DNA of 64,000 nucleotides from an uncultured Actinomycetota bacterium (GCA_963826265.1 CAWGWH010000002.1:1283246-1347245); one strand, 5' to 3'. Positions 36,425 to 44,394 are shown, numbered from the stretch's first letter. Made by a program: numbers and translations. Notes: a model not told the origin generated them from the sequence alone.

Positions 36425-37423
36425 ATGCAGCGGGAGGCGTGGGCGTTCTGGTTGCGCGAGCCGGGCGCGGGAGAGATCCGGCCTGCCCGGCTCACACCAC
36501 CTGGGCCCGACGACGTGCTGGTCCGCACCGTGTGCTCCGGGGTGAGCCGTGGCACCGAGTCGCTGGTCTTCAGCGGGAGGGTCCCGACCGGGCAGCGCGC
36601 CGTCATGCGCGCGCCGTTCCAGGAGGGGGAGTTCCCGGCGCCGGTGAAGTACGGCTACCTCAACGTGGGAGTCGTCGAGGTCGGGCCGTCCGGGCTGCTG
36701 GGACGCACCGTCTTCTGTCTGCACCCCCACCAGACGGCGTACGTCGTCCCCGCCTCGGCGGTGACCCTGGTGCCCGACGACGTCCCGGCGCGCCGGGCGG
36801 TCCTGGCCGGACTGGTCGAGACCGCGGTCAACGCGCTCTGGGACGCCGGCCCGCTGCTCGGTGACCGGGTGGCCGTGGTGGGCGCCGGAGCCCTGGGCTG
36901 CTGCGTCGCCCGGCTGCTGGTCGCGATCCCCGGGGTCTCGGTGACGTTGGTCGACGTCGACCCCGGCCGAGCCGCGGTCGCGGCGGCCCTGGGCGTCGGC
37001 TTCTCGCTGCCCGGTGACGCGCCGGGCGACCTGGACCTCGTGATGCACACGAGTGCCACGTCGAAGGGGCTGCAACGGTCCCTGGAGCTGCTCGCGCCGG
37101 AGGGCACCGTCGTCGAGCTCAGCTGGTACGGCGACGCCGAGACGACCCTGTCGCTGGGAAGTGGCTTCCACTCCGGCCGGCTGACGATCCGCGGCAGCCA
37201 GGTCGGGTCGATCGCGGCGGCACGTCGTGTGCGGTGGACCACGGCCGACCGGCTCCGGCTCGCGCTCGACCTCCTGCGTGACCCGGCTTTCGACGTACTT
37301 CTGACCGGCCGATCCCGTTTCGCCGACCTCCCCGCGGTGCTGCCCAGGCTGGTGAGCGGCGAGCTCCCCGCCCTGTGCCACTCGGTGTCCTACGAGGACG
37401 GTGACCTGCCGTGTTCAGCGTGA
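36425..37423 (+). CDS. MDR-superfamily dehydrogenase (BchC-like subgroup, SGxSxGTE motif)
   Basis: 332 aa from ATG 36425 with GGGAG upstream. It has [10 protein letters not shown] and the Rossmann motif [10 protein letters not shown]. Confidence 0.85.
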   Translation: MQREAWAFWLREPGAGEIRPARLTPPGPDDVLVRTVCSGVSRGTESLVFSGRVPTGQRAVMRAPFQEGEFPAPVKYGYLNVGVVEVGPSGLLGRTVFCLHPHQTAYVVPASAVTLVPDDVPARRAVLAGLVETAVNALWDAGPLLGDRVAVVGAGALGCCVARLLVAIPGVSVTLVDVDPGRAAVAAALGVGFSLPGDAPGDLDLVMHTSATSKGLQRSLELLAPEGTVVELSWYGDAETTLSLGSGFHSGRLTIRGSQVGSIAAARRVRWTTADRLRLALDLLRDPAFDVLLTGRSRFADLPAVLPRLVSGELPALCHSVSYEDGDLPCSA

Positions 37424-37803
37424 GCGTGCGCGACCACATGATGGTCGCCCACAGCCTGCGCGGCGACGTCTTCGGCCCGGCGCAGGCGCTGCACGGTGCG
37501 ACGTTCGTGGTGGACGCGACGTTCGCCGGGCCGGCCGTGGACGACGACGGGATCCTGGTCGACATCGGCCGGGCCGCCGGCGCGCTGCGGGTGGTGGTCG
37601 CAGACCTGGGCTACCGCAACCTCGACGAGGACGACCGGTTCGTCGGTCGCAACACCACGACCGAGGTGCTGGCCCAGCACGTGGCCGACCGGTTGGCCGA
37701 GCAGGTCGGCGGCGAGGGACTGGGCGACGGCCGCGTGACCCGCCTGACGGTCACCCTGCACGAGTCGCACGTCGCGCGGGCGAGCTACGAGAGAGGGGTA
37801 TGA
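37411..37803 (+). CDS. 6-pyruvoyl-tetrahydropterin synthase / QueD-family T-fold protein, predicted non-canonical
   Basis: 130 aa with MMVAHSL...LHGATF aligning to the QueD AAHRL...C..LHGHSF region. The GTG start overlaps the upstream gene by 13 nt. Confidence 0.8.
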   Translation: MFSVSVRDHMMVAHSLRGDVFGPAQALHGATFVVDATFAGPAVDDDGILVDIGRAAGALRVVVADLGYRNLDEDDRFVGRNTTTEVLAQHVADRLAEQVGGEGLGDGRVTRLTVTLHESHVARASYERGV

Positions 37804-38843
37804 GTGTGACCCCGATCGTGACGATGGTCGCCCCGGACGGGGTCGGTGACCCGCTCCGGCCGAGCGGTGGCAACACCTACGACCGTCGGCTGTGCCAGGA
37901 GCTGGCGGCCGCCGGGTGGGCTGTCGACCTGCAGCTGGTCCCAGGTGGCTGGCCGCGGGCCGACGCGGAGTCACGTCTCCACCTGGCGGCCGTCCTGGCC
38001 CGGCCACCCGCCGGCGCCTCGGTGCTGCTCGACGGGCTGGTCGCGCTCGCCGCACCCGACGTGGTGGTGCCGGAGGGCCGGCGCCTCCGGACGGTGGTGA
38101 TCGTGCACATGCCGCTCGGCTACGCAGGCGAAGGAGCCGTGCTGCGCTCGGCGACCGCCGTCGTCGCCACCAGTCACTGGACCCGCCGCTGGCTGCTCTC
38201 CCGCCACCGGCTCGACCCGGCCCGCGTGCACGTCGCCGCACCGGGCGTCGATCCCGCACCGCCGGCAGCTGGGAGCCCCGAAGGCGGCTCCCTCCTGTGC
38301 GTCGGCGCGGTGGTGCCGGCGAAGGGGCACGACCTGCTCGTCGCCGCGCTGGCCTCGGTCGCCGACCTGCCCTGGCGGTGCGTGTGCGTGGGCCCGCTGG
38401 ACCGCGATCCGACGTACGTCGCCCGGCTCCGCGCCGACATCGCGGCGGCCGGCCTCGGCGACCGGGTCGAGCTCACCGGGCCGCTCACCGGGGGGCGCCT
38501 CGCCGCGGCCTACGCGGCGGCCGACGTCCTGGTGCACGCCAGCCGGGCCGAGACCTACGGGATGGTCGTCACCGAGGCGTTGGCCCGAGGTCTGCCGGTG
38601 GTCGCGTGTGCGGCGGGTGGGGTGCCGGAAGCGCTGGGGGCCGCACCCGACGGCGGCACGCCGGGTGTGCTCACCCCCGTCGACGACGTCGACGCCCTGG
38701 CACGCGCCCTGCGCGGCTGGATCACGGACGCCGGACTGCGCAGACGGTTGCGGGCCGCCGCACGGAGCCGACGGCCGCAGCTGGCCGACTGGCTGGCCAC
38801 GGGCCACCGGGTGGCCCGGGTGCTCGAGGACGTGGCGGCATGA
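37800..38843 (+). CDS. GT-B fold glycosyltransferase (GT4-like)
   Basis: 347 aa with the EX7E motif ETYGMVVTE followed by [10 protein letters not shown]. An ATGA overlap couples it to the upstream gene. Confidence 0.85.
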   Translation: MSVTPIVTMVAPDGVGDPLRPSGGNTYDRRLCQELAAAGWAVDLQLVPGGWPRADAESRLHLAAVLARPPAGASVLLDGLVALAAPDVVVPEGRRLRTVVIVHMPLGYAGEGAVLRSATAVVATSHWTRRWLLSRHRLDPARVHVAAPGVDPAPPAAGSPEGGSLLCVGAVVPAKGHDLLVAALASVADLPWRCVCVGPLDRDPTYVARLRADIAAAGLGDRVELTGPLTGGRLAAAYAAADVLVHASRAETYGMVVTEALARGLPVVACAAGGVPEALGAAPDGGTPGVLTPVDDVDALARALRGWITDAGLRRRLRAAARSRRPQLADWLATGHRVARVLEDVAA

Positions 38844-39724
38844 GTCCCCGGTGGGGGTGGCTCCTGGGTTCCGCCGTGCTCGTTGCCGTGGTGTGGTGGC
38901 TCGGTACCGACCCGTTCGTGAGCGGCGTACGCGCCCTCGACGTCGAGACCTTGGCGGTGGGCGCGGCGCTGGGCGTGCCGATCACCGTGGCGAGTGCGTG
39001 GCGCTGGCGACTGGTGGCGCGTGGACTGGGCGTCGACCTGCCGGTGGGCCGGGCGACGGCGGCCTGCTACCGGTCCCAGCTCCTCAACTCGGTGCTCCCC
39101 GGTGGGGTCCTCGGTGACGTGCACCGAGGCCTCGACCACGGACGCGCCGCCGGTGACTCGGCCCGCGGGCTGCGCTCGGTCGCCTGGGAGCGGACGGCGG
39201 GCCAGATCGTGCAGGCGTCGGTCGCCGTCCTCGTCCTGGTGCTGATGCCGTCACCGGCGCGGTCGTCGCTGCCGGGGATGCTCACGATCCTGGTCGTCGG
39301 CGTGGTGCTGCTCGCGGTCCTCGTGCGCCGCTGGTCGACGCTGCGAGCCGACCTCGCAATGCTGCTCGAGCGGCGGATCTGGCCCGGCGTGGTGCTGGCC
39401 TCGACCGTGGTCGTGGCCGGCCTGGTGGCGACCTTCGTCGTCGCCGCCCGTGCGGTCGGCGTCACCGCACCGCTGCCGACCCTGGTGCCGCTGGCAGTGC
39501 TGGTGCTGGTCGCGGCGGCCGTGCCCTCGAACCTGGCGGGGTGGGGGCCCCGCGAGGGCATGGCCGCCTGGGCGTTCGCCGCAGCCGGCCTGGGCGCGGA
39601 GCAGGGCCTGGCCACGTCGGTCGCGTTCGGCGTCATGGTGGTGGTGGCCGTGCTGCCGGGCGTCGCGGTGCTCGTCGTCGGGACGCGTGCGCGGGAAAGA
39701 GCGGAGGAGCCGGTCCATGGCTGA
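38840..39724 (+). CDS. LPG_synthase_TM / UPF0104-family membrane protein (homologous to the MprF flippase domain)
   Basis: 294 aa with about 8 TM segments and WRWRLVARGLGVDLPVGRATAACYRSQLLNSVLPGGVLGDVHRG. It has an ATGA overlap upstream and an 8-nt overlap downstream. Confidence 0.7.
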   Translation: MSPRWGWLLGSAVLVAVVWWLGTDPFVSGVRALDVETLAVGAALGVPITVASAWRWRLVARGLGVDLPVGRATAACYRSQLLNSVLPGGVLGDVHRGLDHGRAAGDSARGLRSVAWERTAGQIVQASVAVLVLVLMPSPARSSLPGMLTILVVGVVLLAVLVRRWSTLRADLAMLLERRIWPGVVLASTVVVAGLVATFVVAARAVGVTAPLPTLVPLAVLVLVAAAVPSNLAGWGPREGMAAWAFAAAGLGAEQGLATSVAFGVMVVVAVLPGVAVLVVGTRARERAEEPVHG

Positions 39725-40412
39725 GCGCCCGTACACGATCCTCAGCTGCGGGGTCTCGATCGACGGCTATCTCGACGCCGCGACCCCCGAGCGGCTGGTG
39801 CTCTCGAACGACGACGACCTGCGGCGGGTTGACGCCGTCCGGGCGGACGTCGACGCGATCCTGGTCGGCGCCGAGACCGTACGCCACGACAACCCCCGGC
39901 TGCTCGTGCGCGACGCCCGGCTGCGCGAGTGCCGGCGGGCCCGCGGGCTGGGCGAGCACCCGATGAAGGTGACGGTGACGCGAGGTGGTCGGCTCGACCC
40001 GACGGCGTGCTTCTTCGCGACCGGCGACTGCGAGAAGGTCGTCTACTGCGAACGAGGGAGCGTCGAGGCGGCCCGTGCCCGCCTGGGCTCGGTCGCGACC
40101 GTGGTCGACGGAGGTGACCCGGTAGCCATCCGCAGCCTGAGCGAGGACCTCTGGGGGCGCGGCGTACGACGGTTGATGGTCGAGGGGGGCGGGCAGATCC
40201 ACACGCAGTTCCTCACCGCCGGGCTCGCCGACGAGCTGCACCTGGTGGTGGCGCCGTTCTTCGTCGGCGACCCGCGGGCCCGCCGCTTCGTGGGGGCCGG
40301 CGCCTTCCCGTGGCACCCGGGGCACCGGGCGCACCTCGCGGAGACCCGTCAGATGGGCGACGTGGTGCTGCTGCGCTACGCCTTCGCTCCGGACCGGGAG
40401 GCCGTGTCGTGA
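39717..40412 (+). CDS. RibD C-terminal-domain reductase (diaminopyrimidine ribosyl reductase type) lacking a deaminase domain
   Basis: 231 aa with SIDGYLD, ILVGAETVRHDNPRL and MVEGGGQIHTQFLTAGLADELHLVVAPFFVG. Confidence 0.85.
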   Translation: MAERPYTILSCGVSIDGYLDAATPERLVLSNDDDLRRVDAVRADVDAILVGAETVRHDNPRLLVRDARLRECRRARGLGEHPMKVTVTRGGRLDPTACFFATGDCEKVVYCERGSVEAARARLGSVATVVDGGDPVAIRSLSEDLWGRGVRRLMVEGGGQIHTQFLTAGLADELHLVVAPFFVGDPRARRFVGAGAFPWHPGHRAHLAETRQMGDVVLLRYAFAPDREAVS

Positions 40413-41038
40413 GGCGCGCGACGGTACGCCGCTCGGTGCGGATGCCGCTGCGCATGGGCGGGGGAGAGGTCGTCGACGGCGTGGTGCACACCTTCGACGG
40501 CCTGGTGGACGACGCCGAGCACCTCGTGGTGGGGCTCGGTGTCGTCCAGGCGGGCAGGGTGCCGCTGGTGCGGCTGCACAGCGAGTGCCTGACCGGGGAC
40601 GCACTGGGCAGCGCCCGCTGCGACTGCGGCCCGCAGCTGGCCGAGGCGGTCGAGCGGCTGTCCGAAGTCGGCGGCTACCTCGTGTACCTGCGGCAGGAGG
40701 GGCGGGGGATCGGGCTGTACAACAAGATCGACGCCTACGCACTGCAGGATCGCGGGCTCGACACGTTCGAGGCGAACCGAGCGCTGGGTTTCGGCGACGA
40801 CGAGCGCTCGTACGGCGTGGCGGCGCAGATGCTCCTCGCGCTCGGGGTCGACCGGGTCACTCTGCTCACGAACAACCCCGACAAGGTCGGCCAGCTGCAC
40901 GCCGCGGGCGTGACCGTCGAGGACTTCCTGACCACCGGGCTGCACCTCTCGCCGGTCAACCGGCGCTACCTGTCGGCCAAGGCCGGCCACGGCCACCGGT
41001 TGCTCGGCCTGCTCGCGACGCACGCCGATCCGGCGTGA
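40409..41038 (+). CDS. ribA: Monofunctional GTP cyclohydrolase II
   Basis: 209 aa with LHSECLTGDALGSARCDCG (zinc Cys triad), YLRQEGRGIGLYNKIDAYALQD and LLTNNPDKV. A GTGA overlap couples it to the upstream gene. Confidence 0.92.
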   Translation: MRRATVRRSVRMPLRMGGGEVVDGVVHTFDGLVDDAEHLVVGLGVVQAGRVPLVRLHSECLTGDALGSARCDCGPQLAEAVERLSEVGGYLVYLRQEGRGIGLYNKIDAYALQDRGLDTFEANRALGFGDDERSYGVAAQMLLALGVDRVTLLTNNPDKVGQLHAAGVTVEDFLTTGLHLSPVNRRYLSAKAGHGHRLLGLLATHADPA

Positions 41039-41050
41039 GGCCTCACGCCG
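41031..41050. terminator. Perfect 20-nt palindrome spanning the ribA stop codon, between convergent ribA and the sigma gene
   Basis: CGGCGTGAGG/CCTCACGCCG. Confidence 0.4.
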
Positions 41051-41068
41051 TATCGGTGGGCCTCGGCG

Positions 41069-42025
41069 TCAGGCCGCCAGGTCGGGGTCACCCAGCCGGC
41101 GCAGCCGGTTGAGGGCCTCGCGCTCGAGCTGGCGTACCCGCTCGGCGGAGATGCCGTGCGTGGTCCCGATGTCGGCGAGCTTGTGCTGGCGGCCGTCGAC
41201 CAGGCCGTAGCGCGACCGGATGATGTCGGCCGACCGGTCGTCGAGCTGGCCGACCAGTGCGTTGAGCCGCTCGCGCGCCTCGTGGTCGAGCACGTCGAGG
41301 TCAGGCCCCGGGGTGCTCTCCTGCGCGATCAGGTCACCCAGCGAGGTGTCGCCGTCCTCATCGACCGGCGAGTCGAGGCTGACGTGCTCGCGACCCCACG
41401 AGAGGAGGTCGAGGACGCGCTCGAAGTCCATCCCGAGCTCGGCGGCGATCTCCTCCGGCTCCGGGTCGCGGCCGAGCTGGCGCTCCAGGGTGCGGCGGGC
41501 GCCGCCGACCTGGTTGAGCTCCTCGACGACGTGCACGGGGAGGCGTACGACGCGAGCCTGCTGCGCGATGCCGCGGGTGATCGCCTGACGCACCCACCAG
41601 GTCGCGTAGGTGGAGAACTTGTAACCCTTCGCGTAGTCGAACTTCTCGACAGCGCGGATCAGGCCGGTATTGCCCTCCTGGATCAGGTCCAGCATGGGCA
41701 TCTGGGCGCGGCCGTACTTGCGGGCGATCGAGACGACCAGCCGCAGGTTGGCGTTGATGAACGTGTTGATGGCGCGCTGGCCCTCTTCGGCCAGCCATTC
41801 CAGCTCTTCGCGGCTGGCGCGCATCGGGGCGCCGCCCTTGGCGCGGGCGATCCGGCCGGTGTCGAGCAGGTGCTGGGCCATCAGGCCTGCCTCGATCGTC
41901 TTGGCCAGCTCCACCTCGGTGGCGGCGTCGAGCAGCGGGTTGCGCGCGATCTCGTCGAGGTACAGCCCTACGCTGTCGCGACCCTCGATCTCGCGGGCCC
42001 GGGCGGTCGTGGTGCGTGTCGCCAT
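41069..42025 (-). CDS. Sigma-70 family, group-2-like RNA polymerase sigma factor (SigB/HrdD type)
   Basis: 318 aa from ATG 42025 with GGAAGGGGG upstream. It has regions 1.2 to 4 ([56 protein letters not shown]). Confidence 0.9.
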   Translation of the reverse strand: MATRTTTARAREIEGRDSVGLYLDEIARNPLLDAATEVELAKTIEAGLMAQHLLDTGRIARAKGGAPMRASREELEWLAEEGQRAINTFINANLRLVVSIARKYGRAQMPMLDLIQEGNTGLIRAVEKFDYAKGYKFSTYATWWVRQAITRGIAQQARVVRLPVHVVEELNQVGGARRTLERQLGRDPEPEEIAAELGMDFERVLDLLSWGREHVSLDSPVDEDGDTSLGDLIAQESTPGPDLDVLDHEARERLNALVGQLDDRSADIIRSRYGLVDGRQHKLADIGTTHGISAERVRQLEREALNRLRRLGDPDLAA

Positions 42026-42053
42026 GGTGCAGCCCCCTTCCTTACGTCTCTCC

Positions 42054-42079
42054 AACGCTCACGAAACCCTGTGGATTCC
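42054..42079 (-). promoter_or_regulatory. ECF-type promoter candidate upstream of the group-2-like sigma gene
   Basis: The minus strand reads GGAAT-N17-CGTT, about 30 nt upstream of ATG 42025. Confidence 0.3.
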
Positions 42080-42237
42080 CACCGGGGGTTCGGAACTCTT
42101 GCCTGGAACGACGGGTGAGGAGGGCCAGAAGTTGCCTTCCGGCGCAACTCTCAGGGAGTTCTCAGGGGTGCCGGTCCTGCGCCTCGGTGCACACCCCCGT
42201 ACCCGTTCAGCCGGTAGCCACTCGGGCCGGGACCCAT

Positions 42238-44370
42238 TCAGGCCAGGCCCATCCGGTCCAGCACCCACGCCAGCGTGAACGCGCGATCGTGCCAGGCCTT
42301 GTAGCGCCCGGACACGCCGCCGTGGCCGGCTGCCATCTCGGTCTTGAGCAGGAAGTGCCGCCGGCCGGTCGCGGTGGCCCGCAGCCGGGAGACCCACTTC
42401 GCCGCCTCCACGTACAGCACCCGGGTGTCGTGCAGCGAGCACTCGGCGAGGATCGGCGGGTAGTCGACCGCCGCGACGTTGTCGTAGGGCGCGTACGACG
42501 CGATGTAGTCGTAGGTCTCCTGGTCCGCCTCGGGGTTGCCCCACTCGTCGTACTCGATGACGGTCAGCGGCAGCGACGAGTCCAGCATCGTGGTGAGGTT
42601 GTCGACGAACGGCACGCCCGCGACCACGCCGGCGAACGCCTCGGGCGCCAGGTTGGCCACCGCGCCGGCGAGCAGCCCGCCCGCGCTCGCACCCTCGGCA
42701 ACCAGCACGTCCGGACGGGTGAGCCCCGCGGCGACCAGGTGGCGGGCGCACGCGACGAAGTCGGTGAAGGTCGTGCGCTTGTGAAGCAGCTTGCCGTCGT
42801 CGTACCAGCGGCGCCCCATCTCACCGCCGCCCCGCACGTGGGCGATGGCGAAGCCGGCGCCGCGGTCGAGCAGCGACAGCCGGGCGATCGCGAAGTAGGG
42901 GTCCATGGAGGCCTCGTAGGCGCCGTAGGCGTAGAGCAGCACCGGGATCGGGCCGCCGCCGGTCGCGCCGCGGCGGCACACGAAGGAGATCGGGATCCGC
43001 TCGCCGTCCTCGGCCTCCGCCCACAGCCGGTGCTCCTCGTAGTCGGCCGGGTCGTAGCCGCCGAGCACGGGGAGCCGTCGCAACAGGGTCAGGCGACGCG
43101 AGGCGACCTCGTAGTCGTAGATCGACGACGGCACCGTCATCGAGGTGTAGCCGAGCCGGACCACCGGGGCGTCGAAGTCGGGGTTGCCGGACGACCCGAC
43201 GGTGTAGATCTCCTGGTCGAACTCGACCAGGAAGTCCTCGGCCACCCCGTCGGCCCCGAGCGTGAGCAGCCGGAGCTGGGTGAGGCCGGCGTTGCGCTGG
43301 TGGACCACCAGGTGGCCGGCGAACGCGTCGACGTCCTCGAGCCGGACCGCGGGATCGTGGGCGATCAGCGGTCGCCAGGCCTCGCCCGGGGTCGCCGCGA
43401 CCGGTGCGACGCCGAGCTCGAAGTCGGGACCGGTGCGGTTGTGGAGCACGAGCAGCACGTCCTCGCCGGCGATCACGGCGTGCTCGACGCCGTACTCCAC
43501 GCCGTCCTCGCGCTCGGCGAACACCCAGAGCCCGGCGTCCGGGTCCTCGGTGTCGAGGAGCCGCACCTCGGAGGTGATCTTGGAGGTGGAGACGACCTGC
43601 ACGAACCGGTCGCTGCGGCTGCGGCCGACCCCGGTCCAGAACCGTTGATCGGTCTCGTGGTGGACCAGCTCGTCGTCGGTCTGGTCGGTGCCGAGCCGGT
43701 GACGCCACACCTTGTCGGGCCGCCAGGTCTCATCGACGGTCGCGTAGTAGAACGACTCGCTGTCGGGGTGCCAGGTGGCGCCTCCGAGCACGCCGGTGAT
43801 CGTGTCGTGCAGCAGCTCGCCGGTGTCGAGGTCCTTCACGCGCACCGTGTACCGCTCGTCGCCCGTGGTGTCGGTGGCATAGGCGAGCAACTGCGTGCTC
43901 GGGCTCACCGACGAGCCGCCCAGGGAGAAGAAGTCGTGGCCCTCGGCGAGCCGGTCGAGGTCGAGCAGCACCTCTTCGCCGGGCAGTGCGGGCTGGTCGG
44001 GGGCGCAGTCCTGGTCGGGCTGCGGGGGAGTCCAGTCAGCTGGGTGGGTGACCGGGACCCGGCAGCTGGCGCCGTACTCGCGCCCCTCGAAGGAACGGCC
44101 GTAGTACCAGTAGCCGCGGCTGCGTGTCGGGACCGACAGGTCGGTCTCCAGCGTCCGGGCCTTGATCTCCTCGAAGATGGTCTGCCGCAGGTCCGCGAGG
44201 TGGGCCGTGACCGCCTGCGTGTGCTCGTTCTCCGCCTCGAGCAGGGCGAGCACCGCCGGGCTGTCCTTGTCGCGCAGCCACTCGTACTCGTCGACGCGGG
44301 CGCGGCCGTGGTGGGAGGTGGTGACCGGCCGGCGGTCCGCGACCGGTGGGGAGAGCAGGGGCTGCGACAT
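42238..44370 (-). CDS. ptrB: Oligopeptidase B (prolyl oligopeptidase family S9A)
   Basis: 710 aa from ATG 44370 (MSQPLLSPPVADRRPVTTSHHGRARVDEYEWLRD). The catalytic region reads GASAGGLL. The longer ORF-track entry reaching 45264 is an antisense extension. Confidence 0.9.
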   Translation of the reverse strand: MSQPLLSPPVADRRPVTTSHHGRARVDEYEWLRDKDSPAVLALLEAENEHTQAVTAHLADLRQTIFEEIKARTLETDLSVPTRSRGYWYYGRSFEGREYGASCRVPVTHPADWTPPQPDQDCAPDQPALPGEEVLLDLDRLAEGHDFFSLGGSSVSPSTQLLAYATDTTGDERYTVRVKDLDTGELLHDTITGVLGGATWHPDSESFYYATVDETWRPDKVWRHRLGTDQTDDELVHHETDQRFWTGVGRSRSDRFVQVVSTSKITSEVRLLDTEDPDAGLWVFAEREDGVEYGVEHAVIAGEDVLLVLHNRTGPDFELGVAPVAATPGEAWRPLIAHDPAVRLEDVDAFAGHLVVHQRNAGLTQLRLLTLGADGVAEDFLVEFDQEIYTVGSSGNPDFDAPVVRLGYTSMTVPSSIYDYEVASRRLTLLRRLPVLGGYDPADYEEHRLWAEAEDGERIPISFVCRRGATGGGPIPVLLYAYGAYEASMDPYFAIARLSLLDRGAGFAIAHVRGGGEMGRRWYDDGKLLHKRTTFTDFVACARHLVAAGLTRPDVLVAEGASAGGLLAGAVANLAPEAFAGVVAGVPFVDNLTTMLDSSLPLTVIEYDEWGNPEADQETYDYIASYAPYDNVAAVDYPPILAECSLHDTRVLYVEAAKWVSRLRATATGRRHFLLKTEMAAGHGGVSGRYKAWHDRAFTLAWVLDRMGLA

Positions 44371-44377
44371 GTGAGCC

Positions 44378-44387
44378 AATCTAGTGT
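44378..44387. promoter_or_regulatory. Two overlapping -10-like hexamers for back-to-back leaderless transcripts
   Basis: Minus strand: TAGATT (complement of 44378-44383) lies 7 nt before ATG 44370. Plus strand: TAGTGT (44382-44387) lies 7 nt before GTG 44395. Confidence 0.4.
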
Positions 44388-44394
44388 GGCGACG

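Noticed and set aside
39633-40742. 369-aa minus-strand ORF across the RibD-C and GCH II genes
   Set aside because: It is antisense to two genes with strong family motifs, and its translation is Arg/Pro/Ala-rich.
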